From contig CM022678.1 in NCBI GenBank assembly GCA_012295275.1, positions 10,850,001 through 10,914,000 on the forward strand: DNA of 64,000 nucleotides, in the 5' to 3' direction. Made by a program: the position numbers and the translations under genes. Below the pieces are notes generated by a model, which searched no databases, had not been told where the DNA came from, and saw only the letters and a list, made by a program, of their open reading frames with translations. The DNA comes from Chrysomallon squamiferum. Lineage: Eukaryota > Animalia > Mollusca. Below are positions 1 to 34,399 of this stretch, in pieces; position 1 is the stretch's first letter; every line of letters starts with the position of its first letter.

Positions 1-290
1 CAGATACTAATGAAGTTGGTGATGGATTTGTGGTTGTAGATAGAAAAGTCACATTTACTAACCTACTTACGCCATTTTTCACTGAAGTCGCGCTTTTGTT
101 TTGTATGACAGTCCGTATCTTGAGGAAATCAGGCGACATTCTGAATTCTTTCTTTCATTTTTCTTCTTTTTATATATTATATAGATCTTCTTCTTTCTCA
201 TATTTTATCTTTCTTTTTCTTCTTGTTCCTCAATTTGTTCTCTTCTTAATATTTTGTATTTCATTTGCATTCTTCAGTGAAGGGGGGGGC

Positions 291-329
<39 letters not shown>

Positions 330-1930
330 TTCAGTTTTAATTGTCTCTAAGGACATGATTTACTATTGGTCTCTGTTATCTTTTCTGTCTTCAATATTTA
401 TCTCTGTGCGTGTGTGTGTGTATGCGCGCGTGCGTGTGCGTGTGTGTGTGATATATATTTCTGTATTTATATTTATTCATCTGCATGTGTATAAATTTAT
501 AACTTATGTTCATATTTTTCTTTTATTTGTCAAACATGTCTTCTTATTTATTTGAACTCAGGTTTCCATTCCAACATTCTCTTTTTACGTCTGTGTCCAG
601 TTTAATAAATGAATATTTAGTACTTTTTTTTAAAACTAATGTAAGTATGTAATGTGTTCATAAATATAAATTATGATCAAAGTCAAAATAAAAAGCATTT
701 ATGATCAACATATCTTTTTATAGTTTCATAAAAAACAACAGTAAAAAAAAAAAATTATTTCTTTGCTAAGATGTTTCAGAAACGTATATACATCTGTAAT
801 TAATAACACACTGAAGTTTTTCTCCGATCAAGTTGAATTACTAGAAGAAAGAATCAGTCTGTTTTTTCAGATTACAATTTCGACATTTTTTTATCAACTT
901 ACTCCAATTACTTAAAGGAATATAAGAAAACTATGTACTGGGATTTCATTGATTTTGAAGTTATTATATTAACTGACTGTATTTCGTATCAGTATTCAAT
1001 ATGCATGATGGCATAACAACTAGAATTATGCAAATGGCTGTAAATGGAGAGATTTCTTTGCAAGTAGGATTAACAAAAAGGATCACACAATTTTTATTTT
1101 ATTCATATAAAAGTGATCCAGTATCAAGTTTAACCATAAGCATTCTATTAGAATATTCTCTTTCAATTGTTTAAGCAACCTTTTTACATATACACATAAT
1201 AATAAAGAAATATGATTATATATAGCTACACGTCAATATTACTTAGCTTTCTTATTTCTAGATAAGGATAAATGTAACTTCATTTTCATTCAAAGACTCT
1301 CATGTAAAAATACCTTTAAATGTACATAGTTATAAATACAAATCATAGATTTTGGGAATGTATGTACAGACAACCAGATGTAAAGAAAACGCTATTTCTG
1401 AAATTAATATAATCTGTTATAACAGTAATAATCAACTGATGAAAGTTCAGATGACGTCAAATGGCTACTGTCGTGATGTTGTAGTAGTAGCAGTGGTAAT
1501 ACTAGTAGCAACAGTAGTAATAGTAGTGCTAATAGTAGAAGTAAATTTGTTATCTAGCAAATTACTCAAAACTCATATTCTTAATTAACTTATGCTAAAT
1601 GTTGTTTATTACAAAACATTATATGACATTTGATGGTTACATTTTCTTCTTTATTTCACAGATTATCACTTTTTTATTGAGATATCAACAGTCATTTCTC
1701 GAACATTTCTCTTAAAAATGGGACTTCGTGTGCTAATCTAGATACCAGCTTGTTGGAAATATTTCGCATGAACTCCACATTTAAAACGCCTCTCACCACC
1801 GTGTCTTCATGTGACGTTTTAGAACATCTCCTCGTGAGAAACATTTTGCACAAACCTCACATTTGAAAGACTTCTCACCAGTACGGACCTTCACGTGACG
1901 TTTTACATGTTGATCCTGTGAGAAGAAATA

Positions 1931-2593
1931 TCAACAAACTTCACATTTAACAGATTTATCTCCAACATGGATCTTCATGTGACATTTTAAACTCCAACGC
2001 CGTGAGAAATATTTTGCACAAACCTCACATTTTAAACATTTATCCCCGGTGTGGACCTTCATGTGACGTTTTACATATGGACCCTCTGAGAAGGATTTTG
2101 AACAAACTTCACATTTAAAAGGTTTCTCTCCAGTATGAATCTTCACGTGACACTTTAAACTCGAACGCTGTGAGAAACATTTTGCACAAATCTCACATTT
2201 GAAAGGTTTGTCTCCAGTATGGATCTTCATATGACGTTGTACATCGTGATCTCGTGAGAAACATTTTCCACAAACCTCACATTTGAAGGGTTTCTCACCT
2301 GTATGGATCCTCATATGATGTTTTAGATTGCAAATGTATGGGAAATATTTTGCACAAACTTCACATTTAAAAGTTTTCTCACCAGTGTGGTTCTTCGAAT
2401 GACTTTTTAGATTTGAACTCTGTGAGAAACATTTTGCACAAACTTCACATTTAAAAGGTTTCTCTCCAGTATGGATTCTCATATGATGTTCTATATGTAG
2501 ACGTTGTGAGAAACATTTTGCACAAACTTCACATTTAAAAGGTGTCGCACCAGAATGAATGCTGAATAATACTTCATCACTGTGAGTTGTCAT
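1931..2593 (-). CDS. Tandem C2H2 (Kruppel-type) zinc-finger protein, 7 complete fingers plus a truncated 8th, 220 aa, no KRAB/BTB seen
   Basis: ORF of repeated FKCEVCxKxFSxxxxLxxHxxxH units joined by TGEKP-type linkers; stops at TGA in the middle of finger 8 (VKCEVC*), with further decayed finger sequence in frame downstream. Confidence 0.85.
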   Translation of the reverse strand: MTTHSDEVLFSIHSGATPFKCEVCAKCFSQRLHIEHHMRIHTGEKPFKCEVCAKCFSQSSNLKSHSKNHTGEKTFKCEVCAKYFPYICNLKHHMRIHTGEKPFKCEVCGKCFSRDHDVQRHMKIHTGDKPFKCEICAKCFSQRSSLKCHVKIHTGEKPFKCEVCSKSFSEGPYVKRHMKVHTGDKCLKCEVCAKYFSRRWSLKCHMKIHVGDKSVKCEVC

Positions 2594-3140
2594 GCTAATG
2601 TTTATATTCTTATTTCTAGAAAATTAATTCCGTACATTGTCTCTTGTAAACTTCATTAGGTTACCGTAACTTCTATAATTATATCTTAGTACAAGATTCA
2701 CAAATCAGACGTGTTTTAAATGTACTGTATAAAATACGGATTGAATTAACTGCGCTAAAGTGTGAAAGGAAACATTCATTCTACCTGTAACATCAATGGT
2801 GATCCTTACTTTTTGTTCATGTAAATCAAGTTATTTATTTTATTTTGTGCCTATACCATACTTCACAAGTAGTCTGTCTTTACCTACTAAATAAAGAATG
2901 TAACAACACTGCACTAATAAATCATATATCCAATATCGCTACTCTCTGATGATATCGTACAATCAATGTTCGTTATTTAACGATAATTTCTGTATCACTT
3001 GTAGTTTGTTAAGACTATTCATGTGTCATCGATGAATTCAAATATCAGATTCAATTAAATATTCAAAATATACTTTCATTTATAATACAGAAGCAAATAT
3101 ACATGAATATAATGAAATGAAAATAAAAGTAGTTAAAATG

Positions 3141-3241
3141 ACTTACTAGAAAACACAACGAGAAATCAGTTACTGTGTCTCTTTCGTTTATTTCTCAGTC
3201 AGATGTGTGTGTCTAGATCTGAGCTGTACTCGGTTTATATA
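3141..3241 (-). promoter_or_regulatory. Candidate TATA promoter and short non-coding first exon of the zinc-finger gene
   Basis: TATATAAA at 3241-3234 (minus), then a GTAAGT donor at 3146-3141; a matching acceptor ttacAG at 2786-2785 leads into the exon carrying the ATG at 2593. Confidence 0.4.
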
Positions 3242-4473
3242 AGACCAAACTCAGATCAGTTACGTGTGCGTCTAAGTAGATGTTTGATTGTTACAGGTTT
3301 TAACTGATCACTGTTTCTTTGTGTCGTAATAGTTTACGAAGCTTCTGCCTTGTTTGTTACATAGTATATTGTTTATTGTTGTTGGCAGATCAGATTGTAA
3401 ATTGTTTGTTTGTTCAGCTGATTGGTGATGTTGGCAGGTTGTAATTGAATATTATTTATCATTAGCAGGTGTTTTGTTTAAAGTGTAATGAGTGTCGTTC
3501 ATTAGGGAGTGTTTTGTTACGAATATACTACGTTTGTCACTTTGACAGTAATTGCTTAAAATGCTGCTCATGCTCCTTTCTTTTCTAACTTGAATATGGA
3601 AAGTTTGCCGCTATGACTATATATATATAATCTAAACGGTCAATCCACAAAAGTGATAATTTATTTCAAAAATCTCCTGTCATAGCAGTGATATGTAAAA
3701 GTAGACAAAAGGAGACTTGTAGAACAATATTTTCTTCATTTTCTACGTCATTGAAGACTGTAGAATCGATATAAGATCTTCTTCATGTTTTGGATTAAAT
3801 TTTATCATTTAATTAGAGTGATGCGATTATTGAAGATTCACGAAATAAACGAAAATAATAAAATGTCTAACATTCAGTTCCTAACTATTCCTGTCTACTT
3901 TCAAGACTGCCTAAACTTTCAAAGTGCTACATAAAACCATTCCTGAACATCTATTTATCTATATTACGTTTGTTTGTGACTGTGTTCATCTATGTGTTTA
4001 TATAACTTTATCTATCTGTATCTATTTGTAAATTCAGTTTGCACATAGACGAAATCGCCGTACATTTTAAGTTGAACAAAATACTGCTTAACATGAATAT
4101 ATCAACTGAATATATCACTGAATAAATTATCATTGCTTTTTACAAATTAAAGAGAAAAAAGTTAAAATGACAGTATATTAAATATTATTTGCGTATTTTA
4201 GTTATTGTATGATTGTACGCCAATTGTCTGTGTGCAATCACTTCTGAGCTGTTTTAAATTATAACATCAACTGTCTCTTTTGTCTATAACACAAATGTTA
4301 ATTAGTCGTCAGTTGAAAATCATTTGCAATGTTATGTCCTCCAAAGTAGCGTTTGTCATCAAATTAAATGTTCCATTGTGTATATGGAATGGCATTAGGC
4401 GTGAATATTCGTCTATTTTTGTTTTAAATTTAGCATCAAAGGATGCATTTGGATTTATTGCCATATTTCGTTT

Positions 4474-4506
<33 letters not shown>

Positions 4507-5069
4507 TATATGTATAATGAAGAAGAGGTCGGAACTGATTATTACAATTTAATAAAACAGTCGTTTTAAAGAAGGTCGACTGCACATAAACATAGTAATA
4601 GGAATATGTTAGAACATTAGTAGTATTAGTGCAAATGCTAATAGTAAATACAAGCATGCATAATTATAAATACAAAAAATTATCTGTACCAGTCCAGACG
4701 TACAGAATCAGAGACATACGTGCACACACTAACAGAAAACACCCTAAAATATATCGTAATCTGTTATTAGAGTAACAATGAATTAATGACAGTTCAGATG
4801 ACCTCTAATATCCAATGTCGTGATGTTGTAATAGTTGTAGGGGTAGCTAGAAACAGTAGCTGCAGTAGTAATAGTAATGCTAGGAGATAGAAATCTGAAA
4901 TAGAAAATCATACTATTTCAGATCTGTTCTCTAGCAAACTAATCAAAAATCGTATTTGTAATTAACCTTTCTTAAGTGTTGTTTATTACAAAATATTATA
5001 TTTCATGGTTGCTTTTTCTCTTCTATTTCATAAATTATCATCAATCATTATTCAAACGTATCTCATAAA

Positions 5070-5682
5070 AGTGGGACTTCGTGTGATATTTTAGATATCA
5101 GTTTCTTCGAAATATTTCACACGAACAAAACGTTTCTCACCGCTATGTATTTTCATGTGACATTTAAGAATATCTCTTCGTGAGAAACATTTTGCACAAA
5201 CTTCAAATTTGAAATTTCACATTTAAAAAGGTTTCTCATTAGTGTAGTTCTTCATATGACTTTTTTTTTGAACATTTTCTAGATTTTGAAACATTTAAAA
5301 GGTTTCTTATCAGAATGAATGCTGAATAATTCTTCAACTTTTAGCTGCCATTTCTATTTTTTTAGAAAATCATCTTGCACAAACATCACATTTAAAAGGT
5401 TTCTCTACAGTATGGACCATCGTGTGATCTCTTAGATTTGAACTGCACGAGAAACATTTTGCACAAACATCACATTGAAAAGGTCTGTCACCAGTATAGC
5501 ACTTCATATAGACGTTTTGAGAAACGTTTTTTACACACTTTACATTTAAAACGTCTGATAGTTGTTGTATGCAACTTCATGTGGATTTTTAGATTTGAAC
5601 TCCATCAGAAAGATTTTTTTACAAACTTCACATTTAAAACGGTTTTTTCCAGTGTGTGTTTTCATGTGTTATACAATCGCAC
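5070..5682 (-). pseudogene. Decayed C2H2 zinc-finger paralog
   Basis: Minus strand reads MKTHTGKNRFKCEVCKK then frameshifts and stops; recognisable finger fragments continue to about 5070; cagaatgaatgctgaataat at 5311 is identical to 2551; 3' flank 4740-5030 resembles 1385-1670; acceptor ctttttAG at 5684-5683. Confidence 0.8.
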
Positions 5683-5717
5683 CTAAAAAGATAACAATTT
5701 TAACAGAATATAGTTTT

Positions 5718-5783
<66 letters not shown>

Positions 5784-5954
5784 ACACGTGTACGAAATGC
5801 TATGACGTCAGAGTTACTCCCAAAAACAAAACGTTTCGACCTTTGCAGAATTTTCTACTCAATAATAGACATCTATGTATACGAGGGATTGATTAAATGA
5901 CATATATCCCCAAATTACTTTTAATAAACATGTAGAATTGATTGCATTATGAAG

Positions 5955-6030
5955 GCATACGTATTTAAACGTTTGTAAACACCAATCAACGTTCGACGCT
6001 GCCATATTGGATTTCTATCGGAAGTTTCCG
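5955..6030 (-). promoter_or_regulatory. YY1/ETS-type housekeeping promoter upstream of the zinc-finger pair
   Basis: CCAATATGGCAGCG (minus, about 6010-5997), CGGAAGT at 6019-6025, CpG-rich context and a candidate donor GTATGC near 5959. Confidence 0.4.
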
Positions 6031-6907
6031 TGAGCCCACGGAAATTTTTTAACTTCCGAATTAAATTATTTTACGTCCATTTTTCAGAACGTTTTATGAT
6101 TTACACTGATAAAGATAAAGATGGTTGTTCATGTTACCAAACCACGATATCACGCGCCTTTTCTAACTACTTTTTCAACTTAATCAAACTTTTAAAACTG
6201 GATTATTTTTGTGTAAATGCGTGCATAATAAACTAAAATTATAATGCGGAATAAGATTAATGTATTAACTTTTGTACTTGTCAGTGTTCCCCCTCTCAGA
6301 ACATTTAGGGATTGTTTGTACCCATTAAATCGGCGAAATTTCTTGAGTCTTTTCTGCGTGACGTAATTTGTGCCGTTACGAGTTATCGTTCCTGTTGGTC
6401 AATGTCATTTACATTATTACAGTGATTACTCGAAACGAAGCACCTTGATGTTGGTTTCAAACTGTAGCAGAATTCAACGAAAAATTCTTACATTTTATGA
6501 ACCATGTCTTGATGACTGCCTGTTTCTTTGTTTGTTGTTGTTATTTCACATTTCTGACATTTACAAGAAAAATGGCGTACATCCAGCGTTAAAGGCGATT
6601 CCGAGGGTTATCTCCCCCTCGCTCAACTTTGTAATATTTTCCTTCGAGATAAAGAGTGAACTCTAATATCGCAAGAAATGATTTTAGTTCGTTGGATTGC
6701 TATAACCTGTTTCACTTCCTCTGATGGCAATAAAAACGAACCAGGCGAATTATTCTGTCTGTGTGAAGTTATTTTTTTTATATAATTAGTATTATTACTT
6801 ATTTTCATATTCGGATATGTAATATTACTTTTTGTTTATAGTTATTGTTATTATTATTGTTGTTGTTGTTACTGTTGTTGTTGTTGTTGTTGTTATTGTG
6901 GTTATTA

Positions 6908-7623
6908 CACTTGTACCTGTCTTTAACAGCCCCCGAATTGAGCGGTATGTCCCTTAGATCAGCGGACACCTGTCGAACGCGGATGCGGACAGAATTTTTT
7001 TTTTTTTTTAAAGTATTATTCCACTGTTAAAACGAAGAGTCATAGCAGTTTGGATTTGTTTTCACCTGAATACATAATTTAGCTGTACAACAGTAGATTT
7101 ATACGATATTTATGAAAATGGCGTCGCCTATATCCTTCAATGCACGGTGGTTTCAAGAATATGCGAACTGGAATCGCCAACGTCAATATCCCGAAAAACT
7201 GTGCGAGTTCAACCCGTTTGGCACATAATTTTAATTCATCATCATTCAGTGCGTATTAACATTTCATAAAACACCGCGTCTTTTGATCACGTTTTAGGTG
7301 AGAAAGATGGTTGCCGCTGGCACAGTTCGGAGTTAAAACATAAATATACCTGATGCTAGTTATGTGTTTTGTTTACATCCATCAGTCAACACGATATATC
7401 TTTGCAAATGTATTTTAGAGGGAAGCCGTGGTTGTTGTTACAGCAGTGCAAGGTCACGACAGATGCTGGTGTGACGGAGGTCAACGAAGATTGTAAAGAT
7501 GTTCAAAAAAATAATAATAATAAAAAATTGTCTTTAATTTTTGTACCTCTGTTGAGAAGACACCTGCTGTATAGAGACACTTTTGCTCGGCCCCAGCATG
7601 TCCGTACAAGACAGGTTTCACTG
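6908..7623. mobile_element. Non-autonomous Tc1/mariner-pogo-like DNA transposon (MITE), degenerate
   Basis: Left end TA-CACTTGTACCTGTCTT, right end AAGACAGGTTTCACTG-TA (14/18 inverted match including the flanking TA); subterminal GACACCTG motifs near both ends; no transposase ORF. Confidence 0.55.
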
Positions 7624-8005
7624 TAATGTGTTTATCATCAACGTCGTCATCATCATTATTTATTTAACGCCTTTCTCATACGGAGAATTTTCTATGGTCA
7701 GAACTACATACACGGGAATATGCTGGTTGTTCCCATCCGTAACAGCTACCAATCTATTCGATAATGAATGTTCTTTTTAAAAAAAATATTCATATAGAAA
7801 AATAATAATAATAAAAATCAGCTTTCACCAAAAGTCACCAAATATATATATACCTGTGATTGTTGGTCGCTGCTCTGCTTATTAAAGAATTTAATTTGTG
7901 AAAAATTATCTCTGATGTACTTTATAACTCTTTCTTTTATTAATATCTTTATTCTGACGTTAAAAGAATAAATTCAGAGAAATGCTTGTTTGTTTTTCTG
8001 TTGTT

Positions 8006-8040
<35 letters not shown>

Positions 8041-8769
8041 TTTGTAGTAGATTTAGTACGCATTCTATGATTCTAAACTATAAAAAAGTATGAGACAAAA
8101 ATTAAATTACTACTACTATTGCTGCTGCTACAATTACTGCTACTACCACTACTATTATACTACTACTGCTACAGCTTATACTACTACTACTACTACTTAT
8201 ATTACTACTACTACTGCTAGTACTTATACTACTACTACTATTAATAATAATAATAATAATAATTTATTTAATAATAATATTTAATAAATTAATGAATAAC
8301 GATATAACAGAAACACCAACAAGATCGTCATAGTCAACAACACCAACAAACAACAACAACAACAATAAAATACTAATAAAATTATAATAACAAGAATAAT
8401 AACCATCATCTTTATTAACAACAACAACTACAAGAGCGACAGTAATAAGAATAGTAATTGTATTACTGTTAGTATTAGTATCTGTAATAGTACTCGTAGT
8501 GGTAAAAATAACAGTAGTACTCTGTTGATGATCATAAGAGAGGAAAGTGCTTCAAGTGTGAGCGTTGTTGTTAAAAATAAGGGCTGTGGTTGGAATGGGT
8601 AAAACGAGAAATAGTCACTCCATTAAGAACGTATTATTATTAAAACATATCAGCTAAGTAAAATAACTCAGCTGAAGTTTTAGCATTAAAAAAGTGAAGA
8701 ATGACTGAATAAATAATTGAATGAATGAAGAAATAACGAATGAATAACAGAATGAATTAAGTGAGAATG

Positions 8770-9075
8770 AACGAATGAATGAATGAAGGTTTATCGACGT
8801 TTTTGTGTTAGCCTACACGCATAACACTTGGTTTAATGATAATTTTACAGAACCAACCCGAAGCCAACGTTTTATACGCTAATCTGTTAGCAGTAAGTTA
8901 TACTTTATGTGCACCTACTCAGGGACAGGGAAAACACAAGCCACAGCCTTTCTAATAATAATGGTTATTGTCAGAACGGGAAAACAGCTCAGTGGGGACA
9001 GTAATGAGGACTGGTCCAGTGAACGATTACGGCATTTATATAATCATTCCCGATCTAACCAGTGGCTCAAGACTG
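8770..9075 (-). mobile_element. Old tRNA-derived SINE copy with a Meta/MESC-like central domain
   Basis: Core ttagcagtaagttatactttatgtgcacc...gacagggaaaacacaagccacagccttt resembles, from memory, the conserved core of gastropod SINEs; (GAAT)n tail at about 8700-8787; A-box-like head near 9050-9070. Not database-verified. Confidence 0.5.
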
Positions 9076-9240
9076 ATTTAGATGTGAATAAAATACTTCT
9101 TCTTTCTTACACATCTCTGAAAACGTTATTTTGTTTCGTTTTGATTATCAATGTGTTATTCTTATTTTCTGTTATTTTATTATTAATTTAGTTTAGCTTA
9201 ACTTATCTTAGTTTATTTTTATTATATTTTATTTTCTAGT

Positions 9241-9283
<43 letters not shown>

Positions 9284-9708
9284 TATAAAGGTTTCATTTC
9301 GTTTCGTTTCTTTCATTTCATTTTAAAAAAAAATTTTGTTGTTCTTTTAAAATGTATTTCGTTTCGTTTCATTGCTTTAATTTTATTTCGTTTTTATTTT
9401 GAATTATTATTTTATTTTATTTCGTTTTGTTTTGTTTTTCTGCAGTAGGTCTCATTCAACAGATGATAAATTATTATTTGAATTTTTTTATTTCAGTGTT
9501 TTATTTACCAAATTATTCAATACATTCTTAATACCAAATGTTATGCCTTCATTAAAAATATGATAAGAACCAGAGATGATAATGATGGTAGTGGTAGTTG
9601 TAGTAGTAATCGTCGTCATCGTCATTGTAGTAGTTGTTGCAGTAAAAATAGCAAAATAGTAGTAGTAGTAATAACAAACAAAAACTTTAATAACGAAAGC
9701 AGAGCATT

Positions 9709-9744
<36 letters not shown>

Positions 9745-9753
9745 AACAACAAC

Positions 9754-9796
<43 letters not shown>

Positions 9797-10295
9797 CTAA
9801 GCAGAGGAAGAATATTTTATCGAGAATCTCACTTCATTCGTTCGTTCGTTCTTTCGTTCGTTCAGTCACTCATTCGTTTATTAGTTAACCAAACAGCTGA
9901 TTTATTAATTCCTGTATATATATTTATATATGGTTTTTCTTTCTGTTCGATTTCTTAAAAACTAAAATACAGATAAACTCTAATTAGTGGCTACTACTTT
10001 AAGGCAATTAAGTTCTAACTGTCAGCCAGCAAACGTCAGAAACAGTTTAAGAAACAAACACACAAGTTAGTTGTGGGTGTCGACAAACAAAAGTCTGGGG
10101 CAATCGCGTATGACGAATACACAATGAGCAACAATTACAGACTGATGCACGGACAAAGGAAGTAGTTAAACGAAGCAAAATTGTTTCACTGTTGTCTGCC
10201 ACGAGGCGACGTCGAGTGAGCAGTTGTCACAGCAGACGTTACATGCTGGAGGAGCAGACGATACGTTTTAGAAAAAAAAAGAAAAAAAGAACGGC

Positions 10296-10390
10296 TTCTG
10301 ATTGGCCGAAACATCAGTGTCTGTTCTGTGAGTTTGAGTTCACAATGTCACCCAGGTTTGTGTTTTTATTAATTGTCAGTATAAAACGTG
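10296..10390 (+). promoter_or_regulatory. CCAAT box plus TATA box of the forkhead gene
   Basis: ctgATTGGcc at about 10298-10307 and TATAAAA at 10380-10386, about 155 bp upstream of the ATG at 10540. Confidence 0.55.
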
Positions 10391-10539
10391 CGAACAATTC
10401 ACGTTAATAGTCACTGGTAATGAGTTTTGTATTCACACAGCTTTGAGAAAATTCAGTCAGTTTTCGTCTTTCCCTTCTTTCCGTTTTGTTGTCGATATAC
10501 TTTGTCTGTTTGCCCGTGTCACCTCTTCCAGTATTTACA

Positions 10540-16287
<5,748 letters not shown>

Positions 16288-18247
16288 TTAACGGAATTCT
16301 GATTCACATGCCCAGGTCTGTTGTGAAACACGTAAAAGTGAACTGACTATAATTTATTTATTGAGTATTTCTGACAATGAAAATATTCAAACTGTTTCTA
16401 GATATGTAAATTATGTTGAATAATATTATTTATTTATTTAGTTAATTATTTTTTTTTACAAGCTGTAAGTATTTTTAAAACTTTATGTGGTAAATAGATA
16501 TATATATATATATATATTATGAGAAAGGTTATTATCTGATAAAGAAAAATATTTTTAATCTTAAATAAAAACGCCATGATTTGTTGAAGAGTAACCATAA
16601 CTTGGCAAAAATATATTTTATTCATAATAATATATCTTTATAGCAGAAACACTGGAATATACTTTTCCGCAGTTGTTAAAGAAAAATAGAGAAAGAAGAA
16701 AAGTAGTCTCCCTTTAGATGCTAACAGATTATCAGAGACGTTATACTAAATAGAGAAATGAAAGATATAACTGTACATTTTTACTCCTCTCCCAGAAAAG
16801 AGTATGCTATGCTGCTGCTGTTACTACTATCCATTTAATAATAATAATAATAATAATCATCATCATCATCATCATCATCGTCATCGTCATCGTCATAATA
16901 ATAACGGTGATATTCTCAACATACCCACAGATCAAACCCTTTATTTATGTCTGTTTAGAATTTTTTTTTTTTTTTTTTAAAAACACCACAGAAAATCAGG
17001 ATTTGTATTAAGAAATTTGTCTTTCACGAAAACAGTGCTGTGGTCGCATATAGACTGCCAACGTAATAGTGCTATTGTTTCCACCTCAGACAAACTTTCG
17101 TTTGTTGTAAATATAGACAACTTATCAAAATTATTATGCATAATTAGTAAGTATTATTGAAAATGTCTGTTGTGTTATGTTATAGTGTACATACATAAAG
17201 GTTTCATTCTTAATTTTGACTTTTTTTGTTTTGTTTTTCTGTAAACGTTTGAGTCTGCTGTTGATTTTCGATGTTACGAATGATGTAATTATTGCTGTTA
17301 CTTTAGTATGAGAGAAAAAAAAAATAATTAAACACTCTACACACGCACATACATGCACACAAAACAAACACAGTTTTTTTTAAAAACAAAACCAACAAAA
17401 ATACGTTTATAGCTGTTATCTCTGTGTGTCTGTCTGTCTGTCTGTCTGTCTCTGAGAATCGGTCAGTCATTCAGTTGGTCTACCTATTCGTGTTCGATGA
17501 CATCATCAAAGACAACAGAACCAATGAGTATATTACAGATATATTATACATCTCTACACTCATTTAACAACGACGGTGTGACTATGTAAATCCTGTGCAC
17601 AGAATGTGATGACGCGACAGTGACGCTGCTGCATCTTTTTGTCTTTCTGTCTCTCTGTACGTTCGTTTCCTCCTAACGGTATTCCTACCGGAAATGACGT
17701 CATCATGACGTCAAGACATTGGCAAATAATATCAAACTCTCTCTTGTCCCAGGTGTAAACGTACAAATGAAAGAATCATATTAAAAAAAAAAAAAAAAAA
17801 AAAAGTGTCCTGCTTAACATATAATCTAGAGACAGAACGTCTGTTAGACGTTTCTGATTGGCTGTTTAAAAATAAAGTTGTTTCGATTGGCCTTCGTGTC
17901 GTCGACGTCAGATGTTTCTGCGACTGACGTAGCGGTAAAGGCAGGCGATGTACAGTCACGTGACTGAATGATGACGCCGGAATACAATTATACGCCACTG
18001 CGTAACTTCTGAATGTTAAAGAAGATATCTGTGAAAATAAAAAGAGAGAAACAAAAAAAAATGTTCAGAAAACGTGGATATTTAAGAACCATTCAAAAAC
18101 ATTTTCACATGAACGATTATTAAGTAGAAAACAGGTTTATATTTGTTGTCGTTGCCTTTGTCGTTGTTATGGCTACATGTACAATGTAAAAGAAGAAGCT
18201 AAAAAGAAGAAACAGAACAACAACAACAATTATTATTATTACTATTA

Positions 18248-18316
<69 letters not shown>

Positions 18317-18396
18317 GGACATACAAGTAAATAACGTAATATTCATAAAAAATAAAAAAAAAAAAAAAAAAATTACTCACTTACTCACTCGGTTTG

Positions 18397-33477
<15,081 letters not shown>

Positions 33478-34399
33478 GATGACGACGTTTTCGTTCGTCC
33501 GTTCTAATCCGATTTGAAGAATTTAACGTTTTTTGGGGGAATGAAAATTTTTCCAGGCTTCAGTTCACACACACTTTGTTTGTTTTCTTTTTTATTTCGT
33601 TTCTTTTTTTTTTTTTCTTTTTTTTTTTTTTACCCCGGAACTTACTTCAGAAAGACATTCTTCTGGTTATTTTTGGAATAAAAAAATATTCACAATATAT
33701 TCGAAAATAAATATCTTCTTCTTATTTTGTATGAGATCCAAAACGTTTAGAATTTATTTGAAAGTTTAAATTTAACAGAATTTAGTTCCTTTTCTTTATT
33801 TTTTTTTTTTCCCCCGAAATTAATTTGAAATTAAAACTTTTTTTTTTCTGAATTAAATTGTTCGATTAGTCGAATTAATTAACTAATTTGAAAAGTTTTC
33901 AGAAATCTGTTTTTAATTAAACAAATTATTACGATTAATAAAAATATCTGTCAACAATTCTGGGATATATTAATTTCAAAATAAAACATCCTAATAATTA
34001 ATTCAGAATTCAAAAAAAACTGAAACAAAAACTTTTTTCACAACTTTCTCAATCACGTTAATCAAATTCCAGAATGAAGACTCCCGCACTCCGTTTCGAA
34101 AAAGAAAATCACTTTTTCTCGAAAATGAAATATCAAATTTTCTCTGAATGAAATATTAATTCTTTTTTTTTTCTCAATGACAAACACTCTGAATGATTGA
34201 TTGATTATTACCGTTAATTATTTAAAAATCCTAGAATCAGTCTAACAGTTAGAAAAAAAAAAAAAAAAAAAAAAAAAAATCAAACGTACAGACACAAAAC
34301 TTTCATTTATTCCGTGTGGCTCCAGCCAGAACCTAAACGCATCTGAATCGAGCTGAACTTAATTCCAACCGTCTAACCTCTCTCTCTGCCTCACAGAAG

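Noticed and set aside
1-140. Open frames on both strands at the window start (minus: MSPDFLKIRTVIQNKSATSVKNG followed by GTAAGT)
   Set aside because: Truncated by the window edge and no recognisable family; strand and reality cannot be decided.
6508-6560. TGATGA...CTGA resembling a box C/D snoRNA
   Set aside because: Too short, low-complexity interior, no terminal stem or recognisable rRNA complementarity.
6925-7010. GC-rich stretch ending in a T-run, resembling a Pol III RNA
   Set aside because: No cloverleaf or B-box; better explained as the left subterminal region of the MITE.
17732-17998. 88-aa minus-strand ORF downstream of the aquaporin
   Set aside because: It runs into poly-T, has no motif and is probably 3' UTR; it would be coding only under an unproven frameshift.
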